Shown here piece after piece: positions 24,732 through 32,751 of a stretch of 64,000 nt of DNA. The notes under the pieces are model-generated. The model saw nothing but the letters and a program-made list of their open reading frames with translations, was not told where the DNA came from and searched no databases. Each line of letters opens with the position of its first letter. The stretch's first letter is position 1. The position numbers and the translations under genes are program-made. The DNA is from a virus (Duplodnaviria; Caudoviricetes). Location of the stretch: positions 12,865 through 76,864 of IMG/VR virus record IMGVR_UViG_3300028531_000001. One strand, 5' to 3'.

Positions 24732-25342
24732 AGACTTACGCGGTCAAGGAGATCTTCTACTCGATCCAAGGCGAGGGGGCCAAGGCGGGCCAGCCTGCGG
24801 TCTTCGTCCGCCTCAGCGGCTGCAACCTCTGGTCGGGCCGCGAGGAAGACCGGGCCACAGCAGCCTGCCGGTTCTGCGACACCAACTTCTCGGGCGGCGC
24901 CAAGTTGACCGCCGAACAGATCGCCGACCAGGCCCGGTCGCTCTGGCCCAACGAGACTCCGGGCTGGTGCGTCCTGACGGGCGGTGAACCGGCCTTGCAG
25001 GTCGATCGGGAGTTGGTGGCGGCACTCCGGGCAAGGGGATTCCGGGACGCGATCGAGACCAACGGGACCGTGCCGCTCGGCCTCCGCCATGACTGGGTCA
25101 CGCTCAGCCCGAAGGCCGGGACGACGATCGAGCAAACCTACTGCGATGAACTCAAGGTCGTCTACCCGCAGGAGGGATTGGACCTCGAAGACCTGGGCTC
25201 GATCGCCACGACGCGGCGGTATCTCCAGCCGATGGACGGGCCGGACCTCGATCGAAACCGGGCGTCGGCGGCGGCGTACTGCCTGGCCCATCCCGAATGG
25301 GCGTTGAGCCTTCAGATTCACAAGATCCTGGGGGTGGCCTGA
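24728..25342 (+). CDS. queE: 7-carboxy-7-deazaguanine synthase (radical SAM)
   Basis: KEIFYSIQGEG..AG.PAVFVRLSGCNLW(x)CRFCDT (Cx14Cx2C variant), VLTGGEP, IETNGT, VTLSPK, LSLQIHK. Confidence 0.93.
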   Translation: MKTYAVKEIFYSIQGEGAKAGQPAVFVRLSGCNLWSGREEDRATAACRFCDTNFSGGAKLTAEQIADQARSLWPNETPGWCVLTGGEPALQVDRELVAALRARGFRDAIETNGTVPLGLRHDWVTLSPKAGTTIEQTYCDELKVVYPQEGLDLEDLGSIATTRRYLQPMDGPDLDRNRASAAAYCLAHPEWALSLQIHKILGVA

Positions 25343-25833
25343 TGCCCCGCCTCAAGCTGACCCCCGAGCAGCGGGCCGCGATCGCAGCGGCCCCGAAGCC
25401 GCCGACGATCGAAACGCTGGGGCTGGGCGAGCCGAAGCCCCGCAAGCCACGCCGGTCGATGCTGGGCACGCTGGGCGGTCCGGGCCCGTGGCGGATCGTG
25501 ATCGAGGGGTGGCACCCGGAAGGGACCGTCAACAACCTGATCGGCAAGTCAATCGGACACATCACCGGGCTCAAGCGGAAGGACGAGGCGACGCTGTTCG
25601 CACACCTGCTGGGCGTGGTCCCGGCGGCGACGGGGCGGAGGCGGCTCCGGGTGACGCTGGTGTATCCGAAGGGGCGGAAGTCCCACGACGCGGACAACCC
25701 GGAGAAGTCGATACGGGACGGGCTGGTCCGAATCGGGGCGTTGGTGGACGACTCGCGTGAGTGGCTGGACTCGGCCGAGTCCCAGGCGGCGGTGGGCGGC
25801 AAGGCGACGATTCTTGAGATGGAGGATTGCTGA
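25342..25833 (+). CDS. rusA: RusA-like Holliday junction resolvase
   Basis: DADNPEKSIRDGL...G.LVDDS catalytic pattern. Confidence 0.75.
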   Translation: MPRLKLTPEQRAAIAAAPKPPTIETLGLGEPKPRKPRRSMLGTLGGPGPWRIVIEGWHPEGTVNNLIGKSIGHITGLKRKDEATLFAHLLGVVPAATGRRRLRVTLVYPKGRKSHDADNPEKSIRDGLVRIGALVDDSREWLDSAESQAAVGGKATILEMEDC

Positions 25834-26111
25834 TGTCGGAGGTTGCTGCCCGAATGCCGGTAGAGGTGAACCTGGCCGGGATCATGCACGATGTTCGTGA
25901 GTCCGAGGGGCTGATCGTGTTCGTTCAGCAAGATCCGTTCGGCCCGATCCGGTCGCGGTTCTCATTCCGCCGAGAATGCCAGTGCTGGTACGTCTCGATC
26001 GAAGGGACCGAAGATTCGGTCAGCGTGACGCACATTGCCCGAGCGTATGAGGAAATCTGCAAGGTGTTCGGCGGAAACTTTGAAGGCAGGAATGGAGAGC
26101 ACAACCCATGA
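25833..26111 (+). CDS. Hypothetical protein
   Basis: GGAGG RBS, coupled to rusA. Confidence 0.55.
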   Translation: MSEVAARMPVEVNLAGIMHDVRESEGLIVFVQQDPFGPIRSRFSFRRECQCWYVSIEGTEDSVSVTHIARAYEEICKVFGGNFEGRNGEHNP

Positions 26112-26359
26112 GGCGACTTTCTGACATGAGCGGCGAAGAAAGAGCCGCATACCTCAATATGCTGTGTGCCGCGACCCAGGCTGTCGTCCCGCCCGGGGTC
26201 ACGCTGGTGATTGGACTGTTGGATGAGGACAAGTCGCGAGGCCACTGGGTCGGAAACGGAGAGTATCCGGACATGGCCCGGCTTGCGGCCGAGATTGCCT
26301 CGGACATCGAGCGGGATAGTAAGAGCGGCAGCAACCAGTTTCCGCCCTCCGAGAACTAG
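26108..26359 (+). CDS. Hypothetical protein
   Basis: 83 aa, 4-bp overlap with the previous gene. Confidence 0.55.
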   Translation: MRRLSDMSGEERAAYLNMLCAATQAVVPPGVTLVIGLLDEDKSRGHWVGNGEYPDMARLAAEIASDIERDSKSGSNQFPPSEN

Positions 26360-26440
26360 CCTGGATGCCGTGACCGCTGCCTGCGGGCTGGCCCTGGTGG
26401 TGGACGACGTGGCGACGCTGGTGGGCGCACTGGAGGGGAT

Positions 26441-26723
26441 ATGAGAGAGCGGCGAGAGTTCAGCGAAGGCGAATGGGATTCTGAGTTCGACGGCGACGGC
26501 TATCTCATCAACGGGATCATCCGTGTCCCGATGACCTACGATGAGTATCCAGCCGACGCCAAACTGATCACGGCGGCCCCCCGACCTGTATCGAGCCTGC
26601 GAGGCCGCACTGGCGAAACTGGACTACATTCGCGGCGTCTGGGGCGACGAGGGCGTGACTCGATCAGTCGCGGATCAACTTCGCTCGGCTGTCGAAAAGG
26701 CTACCTTGATTGAGACCGACTAA
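26441..26723 (+). pseudogene. Phage gene frameshifted in a C6 run at 26577-26582
   Basis: ADAKLITAAP continues as DLYRACEAALAKLD...EKATLIETD* only if one C is removed; LIAAAP-DL is a common phage motif. Confidence 0.65.
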
Positions 26724-26765
26724 CACCACCGCCCGCGTGGCGGCCGACGAGGGAGGCGGGGCGAG

Positions 26766-27212
26766 ATGGCAGAGCAAGAAATGGATGCGATGACGAGAGC
26801 GGGCAAGCAAATGGCCTCTTGCTTCGGCGGTGGGTACGTCGTGGGTGACGACGAACGCATTGCCCGGCAGGCCGCCGAACGCCGGGCCGAGGCTGCGGAG
26901 GCGAGGCTGGCGGAGTTGATCGCGGCAGCGAAGGTGGCGTTCGACGCGATGAATGACGCCTACTACGGGATCAGCCGAAGCCTCGACTATGAGAAGGTGG
27001 CCGGCTTCGAGGCAGCCATTGCCAAGGCCGAGCGTGAGCCCGCCACGCCGCCGGCGGATGCGGCCGGGGCGGAGGGAGGGGAAGTCTGCGAACAGATCAC
27101 GCCTGACGACTTTGATGGCATGATCGACGTCGCAAACGACCCGGAGTCGGCTGTCGGAAGGCTCAGGACTGAGACCCGAAGGATTCCGATGCGAGAGGAC
27201 ACCGACCAATGA
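26766..27212 (+). CDS. Hypothetical protein
   Basis: 148 aa, AEARLAELIAAA / FEAAIAKAE helical motifs. Confidence 0.6.
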   Translation: MAEQEMDAMTRAGKQMASCFGGGYVVGDDERIARQAAERRAEAAEARLAELIAAAKVAFDAMNDAYYGISRSLDYEKVAGFEAAIAKAEREPATPPADAAGAEGGEVCEQITPDDFDGMIDVANDPESAVGRLRTETRRIPMREDTDQ

Positions 27213-27382
27213 CCGAGAACCGTGTGCTCATCGCCCTCTACGCGATCCTGCTCACGCTCTGCCTGCACGTCGCCCTCGCCCCGCTGATCTCTTGGGCCTG
27301 CGAGCGGTGGGTGGACTGGCGACGCGAGCGAATGTGGCGGCGATGGCAGGACAAAGCCAAGGCGGAGGGAGGGGACTCGTGA
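27209..27382 (+). CDS. 57-aa membrane protein
   Basis: Hand translation MTENRVLIALYAILLTLCLHVALAPLISWACERW... Confidence 0.55.
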   Translation: MTENRVLIALYAILLTLCLHVALAPLISWACERWVDWRRERMWRRWQDKAKAEGGDS

Positions 27383-27585
27383 AAACCTTGATCGAAATCG
27401 CACTGTCGGCCTGGTGCATGATTGGCCTGATACTGGCAGTCCTCGCCTCCCTCGCCTTTATGCTCTGGGTCGGGGAGAAGCTAATCGACTTCATTCTGAT
27501 CCGACTCCAACTGAAGCGTGAATTCTTGGCATTCGCCTATCAGCGAATCCGATCGAGACAGCAGACGCAGGACACCACCCGATGA
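27379..27585 (+). CDS. Small membrane protein
   Basis: GTG start, TM IALSAWCMIGLILAVLASLAFMLWV. Confidence 0.55.
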   Translation: MKTLIEIALSAWCMIGLILAVLASLAFMLWVGEKLIDFILIRLQLKREFLAFAYQRIRSRQQTQDTTR

Positions 27586-27824
27586 CCGCCGACCAATTCG
27601 CCGCCCGATTCTCCACACGCCTCTCCGAACTGATCGACGACCGGGGGCTCAGGCTGCACGACGTGATCGACGCCTCGGGGCTGTCGCAGAACGTCGCCGG
27701 GGCGATCTCCGGCGGCCGACGCGAGCCGACGTTGCGGGAGGCGATGGTGCTGGCGCGGGCGTTGGGCGTGTCGCTGGACGTGCTGTGCGAGGGGCTGCTG
27801 GACTTCGAGTGGGAGGGGGAGTGA
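27582..27824 (+). CDS. XRE-family HTH protein (cro-like)
   Basis: RLSELIDDRGL...DASGLSQNVAGAISGGRREPTLREAMVLARALGVSLDVL. Confidence 0.8.
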   Translation: MTADQFAARFSTRLSELIDDRGLRLHDVIDASGLSQNVAGAISGGRREPTLREAMVLARALGVSLDVLCEGLLDFEWEGE

Positions 27825-28132
27825 TGAATATGCGACGCAAGTCGGCTGTGAAATGGACGCACCTTCCCAGTGGAATTTCGGCCGTGGCCGAAGCCGATCG
27901 GGATGTTCGTCTTCCGGGAGTGTCAACGATTGCCAAGAAGTTGCTCGCCGCTCGGGTCTGGGCGTCAACGCAAGAGCGACCAAAGGGGAATCGACGCTCC
28001 TACGTGTGCTGCCCATATCAGGCCGTGAAGGACCACAGAAACGGCCAGGTGCTCATGGAAGATCCGGCACGTTTTCTGAGTGGCGACCTCGACCCGCTGC
28101 TCAGACTAGCCCTGAAGGAGGCCAGGCCGTGA
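27824..28132 (+). CDS. Truncated class I release factor (RF2/PrfB-like) C-terminal fragment lacking GGQ
   Basis: SAVKWTHLPSGI ~ RF SAVRITHIPTGI; RRSYVCCPYQAVKDHRNG...LSGDLDPLL ~ RF2 IRSYV..PY..VKD.RTG...LDGDLD.FI; GGAGG RBS. Confidence 0.75.
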   Translation: MNMRRKSAVKWTHLPSGISAVAEADRDVRLPGVSTIAKKLLAARVWASTQERPKGNRRSYVCCPYQAVKDHRNGQVLMEDPARFLSGDLDPLLRLALKEARP

Positions 28133-28317
28133 GCCAGCGAACGGCGGCGGAGATCCGGCGGGAGATCGAGGAACTCACGCGGCAACACGACGATCGGCTG
28201 GGGCGATCGACCAATCGTGCTCTCCAAGCGTACCTGATGCGGACGCACGATGAGACTTTCGGCCGGCTGCGGGCCGAACTCGCGGCAGCCGAGCGGCGGG
28301 AGGTGGGGAATGGGTGA
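28129..28317 (+). CDS. Small helical hypothetical protein
   Basis: GTG start with AGGAGG RBS. Confidence 0.55.
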   Translation: MSQRTAAEIRREIEELTRQHDDRLGRSTNRALQAYLMRTHDETFGRLRAELAAAERREVGNG

Positions 28318-28660
28318 GATCGACGACATCCAGGCCAAGATCAAGCAACTTGACGACCTGGAGTCCTGGCTGGAAGCCTCCGGGTCGGATTACGAAGACG
28401 GATGGTCTCCCACCTTCGCGGGCGTGATTGCGATGGTCAACGGCTACGCCATCTGGTTGGGAGAACGGGCCGAGCGGGGAGGCCGACCGAAACGAGAGAC
28501 GTCGGCTTGGCTGGACGCCGAGATCGCCGACGTGCGGCGGACACTCGGCGCTTACGAGGCGGACTGGGATGAGTCGCCGCTGCTGGAGGCTGTGCGGAAG
28601 GCGGCCCAGGATTACATCGCGGAACTAGAAGCCGAGCGGCGGGAAAGGGGCGAATCATGA
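28310..28660 (+). CDS. Hypothetical protein
   Basis: 116 aa; ends in the shared IAELEAE block. Confidence 0.6.
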   Translation: MGEIDDIQAKIKQLDDLESWLEASGSDYEDGWSPTFAGVIAMVNGYAIWLGERAERGGRPKRETSAWLDAEIADVRRTLGAYEADWDESPLLEAVRKAAQDYIAELEAERRERGES

Positions 28661-28902
28661 GCACCGCGACGAAGATCCCCCACATCGAGGCCAGCCTGAA
28701 GGGGCGGCGGGTCACCATCACGTTCGACCGGCACCCCGACACGATCGAGGGCGTGACCGTGCTCGGACAGGTCTGGATCGGGAGCGACGCGTACCTGCGG
28801 GTGGCCTATTCGGACGGGCGACGGAGTTCGATCAAGGCGTCGGCGATCCTGGTGATCGAGGAACTTGAGGTGAGGGAGGACGAGGAGGTCAGCCGGGAAT
28901 AA
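28657..28902 (+). CDS. Small beta-barrel protein, possibly Sm/Hfq-like
   Basis: Short helix then GRRVTITF..TIEGVTV..YLRV..SSIKASAILVI. Confidence 0.55.
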   Translation: MSTATKIPHIEASLKGRRVTITFDRHPDTIEGVTVLGQVWIGSDAYLRVAYSDGRRSSIKASAILVIEELEVREDEEVSRE

Positions 28903-29007
28903 TCGGCACAAACGGACTCGCTAATGAGACTTGAATCTTAGTAATCATTATCGGACCCGACTCCGACGCCGATTCTTGCCTCCCTTTCCGCAATCCGAGC
29001 CGCCCGA

Positions 29008-29087
29008 GGATACATTTTCTCACCTCGCCCTTGACGATCGCCTGCGATCAGGCTACCTTACCCATGCGAAGGTGATATTATGTTGCC
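29008..29087. promoter_or_regulatory. Promoter bracketed by two dispersed-motif copies
   Basis: Motif minus 29008-29026 (GAGGTGAGAAAATGTATCC), TTGACG(29031-36)-N17-TACCTT(29054-59), motif plus 29069-29087 (AAGGTGATATTATGTTGCC). Confidence 0.7.
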
Positions 29088-29168
29088 AGCGCGGGCCGGA
29101 AGCGTGGCCCTCCCCCGTCCGGACCTGTCCGAACCCGCCGACTCATCGTCGGCTTTCTTTCGGGGGTC

Positions 29169-29187
29169 GAGGTGAGGAAATGGATCT
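29169..29187 (+). promoter_or_regulatory. Dispersed motif copy GAGGTGAGGAAATGGATCT
   Basis: Upstream of 29206. Confidence 0.65.
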
Positions 29188-29205
29188 ACACCAGAGGAGT
29201 CGGGA

Positions 29206-29499
29206 ATGAGGATCATCGCTGAGACGAAGAATCTGGCCCTCGACTCCCGGGGGCGGGTGTACCTGCGGACGTTCTGGGGCGGCGAGTTCAAGTCATCGGA
29301 GGGGTGGGAGGAGGACCTGATCCAGTGTGACCGGTTCGCGGGCTCGGAACTGGTCGGCATGCGGTCGCCGAAGTTCTCGGTGCTGGTCGAGGCGAATGAG
29401 TTCGCCCGGCTGGACGACGCCTGGGCTGAGGCCCGTGGGGAGACGCTGGACGACGTGCATGCGGAATGGGAAGCGGGATATGTGGCGGGCGTGGCCTGA
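29206..29499 (+). CDS. Hypothetical protein
   Basis: 97 aa, GAGGAG RBS. Confidence 0.6.
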   Translation: MRIIAETKNLALDSRGRVYLRTFWGGEFKSSEGWEEDLIQCDRFAGSELVGMRSPKFSVLVEANEFARLDDAWAEARGETLDDVHAEWEAGYVAGVA

Positions 29500-29516
29500 G
29501 TATGGGGAGGTGGGGG

Positions 29517-30248
29517 ATGGGTGACGAGAATCTACCGGCCGAGATTTACTGGGTTGTGGACAGCGATGGGAGTTTCGTCCGGTCGGGCAATTGGGAATTT
29601 CTCTATTACACGCATCCGGATAACGCCAGTCTATCTCTCGGGCGTGGTGAGCGGGTTGTCCTGGCCGGCGTGAGCCCCGCCATCCGCGACGAGCGTGACG
29701 CGTTGCGGGCGGAGGTGGAGCGGCTGGATATCGGCGATGCAAAGATGGCGATCCGAATTGCCGAACTCGAAGCATCTATTCGCGTGTTCCTATATGCCAC
29801 CCACAGCCCTGAGACGCCCCATCATCAGCAGGAGGCCCTTACTGCAAAGATGGAACTGTGTGCTCAGGTTGGCCTCATGGGAAACGCCAAGCCGACCAAA
29901 GGGTGGGCTTTAGCTATGGCGGCGGAGATTGATGCGCGGGCCAAAGTTTCACCGTTCGCTAAACCGGAGGATCGCCCAGAACAGAGAATCGCCTCGGGTG
30001 TCGAACTCGATGCGACTCAGTGCTTATCGGCCGAGATCGCCAGCCTGAAGGCCGAACTTGCCACGCTGCGGGGCGAGGGGGCAATCGAAATTAGCAAGAG
30101 AATAGCCATCGGTGACCCAGTCGAGGTGATTCACGCTGGGGTTCGATACGTGGGGGCTATCTCCGGGGGCGAACTCAAGAGCGACGGAGCAATCCGCCAC
30201 GACGCGTCCTTCGACACGACGACCAATCGTTCGCCCGGCACCGTCTAA
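29517..30248 (+). CDS. Modular coiled-coil phage protein (paralogue of 23440-24006)
   Basis: GVSPAIRDERDALRAE and AELATLRGEG blocks nearly identical at DNA level. Confidence 0.6.
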   Translation: MGDENLPAEIYWVVDSDGSFVRSGNWEFLYYTHPDNASLSLGRGERVVLAGVSPAIRDERDALRAEVERLDIGDAKMAIRIAELEASIRVFLYATHSPETPHHQQEALTAKMELCAQVGLMGNAKPTKGWALAMAAEIDARAKVSPFAKPEDRPEQRIASGVELDATQCLSAEIASLKAELATLRGEGAIEISKRIAIGDPVEVIHAGVRYVGAISGGELKSDGAIRHDASFDTTTNRSPGTV

Positions 30249-30269
30249 ACCTGCCACTTTGGAGCCCCA

Positions 30270-30482
30270 ATGAACCTCTCAAACCTCATGCCGATCGCCT
30301 TCGCCTATCTCTCATTCGTCGGCGTGGTCACCACCCCGATCGTCTGCAAGAGCCTCGCGGCCATATGGCGTGAGCCGAGGCCCTGCCCGGCCAACTCCGG
30401 CTACCGCCGCCATACTGCCGCCTATCTACGGACGACGCAGCATATCCACGAATCGCTCCGCCGCATCCCCGGCGGGAATTGA
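30270..30482 (+). CDS. Small membrane protein
   Basis: Hydrophobic N-terminal half, GGAG RBS. Confidence 0.5.
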   Translation: MNLSNLMPIAFAYLSFVGVVTTPIVCKSLAAIWREPRPCPANSGYRRHTAAYLRTTQHIHESLRRIPGGN

Positions 30483-30489
30483 GGGCACT

Positions 30490-31365
30490 ATGAGCATCGC
30501 CACCATCGACCCGACCCTCGACCGCAACGCCTGGCTCCAGGCCCGCATGAGCGGCATCGGGGCCAGCGAGATTGCCACCGCAGTCGGCCAGAACCACCGC
30601 AAGTCGCCGCTGGAACTCTGGCTGGAGAAGACCGGCCAGAAGCCCCGAGACAGGGCCACGATCCCGATGCGGGCGGGGAACCACCTGGAGCCGCTGCTGG
30701 CCGAACTGTACCAGGAGGAGACGGGCCGGGAACTGCTCAGCCAGCAGGTCTTCCTCCGGGGCGAGGATCGGCCCCACCTGCTCGCCACGATCGACGCACT
30801 GACCGAAGACCGCGTGGTCGAGTTCAAGACGACCACCGACCGCAACAAGGACTTCGAACTGGACGCCGACAACCTGCCCGAGACGTGGCAGTGCCAGGTC
30901 CAGCAGCAGATGTACCTGGCCGAGAAGGACCGGGCCGACGTCGCGGTGCTCGTGAACTGGACCCAGTTCCACGTGATCCCGGTGTTCCGAAACGACGACC
31001 TGATCGCCGCGATGCTGCCGCACGCGGACAAGTTCTGGAGGTGCGTCGAGACTCGGACGGAGCCGACGTCGCGGACGGGGGACGGGGAACTGTATCAGTA
31101 CCTCCCGGCGCGTCCCGAGACGATCACGCTGCACGACCAGGCCCAGGCGTGGGCGGACGAGTATCACCAGATCTCGGGCGAGTGCTCAGGACTGGACAAG
31201 CGGAAGAAGGAACTGCGGGGGCTGCTGCTGGACGCGATCGGTCCGTTCGAGGCGGCGTACCTGCCGGACGGGCGGCTGCTGACGCGGAAGGTGATCCGGA
31301 CGAAGGGGCATACGGTGGGGCCGGGGCAGTATGTGAAGTTGGCTTTCGGGAGGGCGGAGGGATGA
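30490..31365 (+). CDS. YqaJ-like viral recombinase exonuclease (lambda Exo family)
   Basis: WLQARMSGIGASE, G..LEP, ATID, VEFKT, QVQQQM. Confidence 0.9.
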   Translation: MSIATIDPTLDRNAWLQARMSGIGASEIATAVGQNHRKSPLELWLEKTGQKPRDRATIPMRAGNHLEPLLAELYQEETGRELLSQQVFLRGEDRPHLLATIDALTEDRVVEFKTTTDRNKDFELDADNLPETWQCQVQQQMYLAEKDRADVAVLVNWTQFHVIPVFRNDDLIAAMLPHADKFWRCVETRTEPTSRTGDGELYQYLPARPETITLHDQAQAWADEYHQISGECSGLDKRKKELRGLLLDAIGPFEAAYLPDGRLLTRKVIRTKGHTVGPGQYVKLAFGRAEG

Positions 31366-31721
31366 GCGAAACGAAACGCAAGACGATGGCGGAGTGCATC
31401 GAGGACGGGGTCAAGTTGCTGGATGAAAAGCGGCCCGGCTGGCTGGAGAAGATCGACCTGAGCCGCCTTCGACTCGACGAGCACTGCAATTGTGTCCTGG
31501 GCCAATGCTTCGGTGATTATGAGGAGGCGTGCGGCCGGCTCGGCTTATTTGCATACCGGAATGAGGACGAGGCAAGCGTGTCGGCAACGCAGTTTGGTTT
31601 TATGTCGAACCGGCTATTCCGACCCGTCAACGACGACATCGAATATTTCGAGATGCCGGCTCTCCAAGAAGCCTGGATCCGCCGCCTGATCCAACTCAAA
31701 CAAGAACGCGGCATCGCCTGA
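31362..31721 (+). CDS. Hypothetical protein, paralogue of 46428-46793
   Basis: C...GV.LLD.KRPGW...IDLS.L. Confidence 0.65.
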   Translation: MSETKRKTMAECIEDGVKLLDEKRPGWLEKIDLSRLRLDEHCNCVLGQCFGDYEEACGRLGLFAYRNEDEASVSATQFGFMSNRLFRPVNDDIEYFEMPALQEAWIRRLIQLKQERGIA

Positions 31722-31753
31722 ACCTCTCAACTCTCCCTCTCTTAAGGAATCCC

Positions 31754-32677
31754 ATGAGCATCGCCCCCTACGACCGCGACACCGAAATCGAAGCCTACGA
31801 CGACGAAGAGACGCAGGAGGTCAACCTCGGCGGGACCGCGATCGAGCTTGCGACGCGTGCCGAGATCGCCGCACAGGTGGCGGTGGCTCGCCAGTATCCG
31901 AGGTCGATCAAGCGATTCCTTAACACGGCACGGGAAATGGCCACGCTCGACCCGCGCATGGCCGAGGCTTGCAACTACGCGGTCCCTCGCGGCGGCAAGA
32001 TCATCGAAGGGCCGTCGGTCCGACTCGCCGAGATCGCCGCTTACGCCTGGGGCCACCTGAGGGTCGAGGCGAAGATCGTTTCCGAGGATGAGCGGTTCGT
32101 GACCGCCAGGGGCGTGTGCCATGACATGCAGACCAACGTCTTCGTGGCTTACGAGACCAAGCGCAAGATCAGCTACTCCAACGGCCGCCGATACAACGAC
32201 GACATGATCGCCACGACGGGCAACGCGGCGGCTTCCATCGCCCTGCGCAACGCGATCTTCCGGGTCATCCCCAACGCCCTGATCAAGCCGCTGGCCGACG
32301 AGGCGAAGATGTGCGCCAAGGGGGACGTCAAGACGTTGTCGGCCCGCCGAAGCGCGTTGCTCGAGCACTTCGGCCGGCTCGGCGCCAAGCCGGAGGACGT
32401 CTACCGCGTCCTCGGTGTTGCCGGGGTGGAGGACATCACCCTCGATCACCTCCTGACCATGCAGGGGATCGCCGCGGCCATCAAGGACGGCGAGACGACC
32501 TTCGAGTCTGTCTTCACCGTGCCTGTCACGGTGGCCAGCAAGTCCGAGGGAATCACGGCCACCCTGACGGCCAAACTCGCCGAATCCCCCGCCCCTTCGA
32601 AGGCCGAGCCCGCCCCGGCCGCGACGCCGAAGGTCGAGCCGGCGAAGAAGACCCGCGAGCCCGGCGAGGACGGCTGA
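31754..32677 (+). CDS. Putative single-strand annealing protein, partner of YqaJ
   Basis: A..YPR...C.YAVPRGGK.IEGPSVRLAE..A..WG motif; position after the exonuclease; acidic/Pro-rich tail. Confidence 0.65.
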   Translation: MSIAPYDRDTEIEAYDDEETQEVNLGGTAIELATRAEIAAQVAVARQYPRSIKRFLNTAREMATLDPRMAEACNYAVPRGGKIIEGPSVRLAEIAAYAWGHLRVEAKIVSEDERFVTARGVCHDMQTNVFVAYETKRKISYSNGRRYNDDMIATTGNAAASIALRNAIFRVIPNALIKPLADEAKMCAKGDVKTLSARRSALLEHFGRLGAKPEDVYRVLGVAGVEDITLDHLLTMQGIAAAIKDGETTFESVFTVPVTVASKSEGITATLTAKLAESPAPSKAEPAPAATPKVEPAKKTREPGEDG

Positions 32678-32751
32678 ACCACCGAGGGGCCTGCGGCGTG
32701 GGTCGCGGGCCCCCTGCTCTTTCCCAAGACCGATCGGCACCGAGGTTCCCC

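Noticed and set aside
32311-32751. N-terminal extension of nrdJ in the ORF track
   Set aside because: Overlaps the SSAP gene in another frame and crosses a hairpin at about 32684-32715; ATG 32752 is the plausible start.
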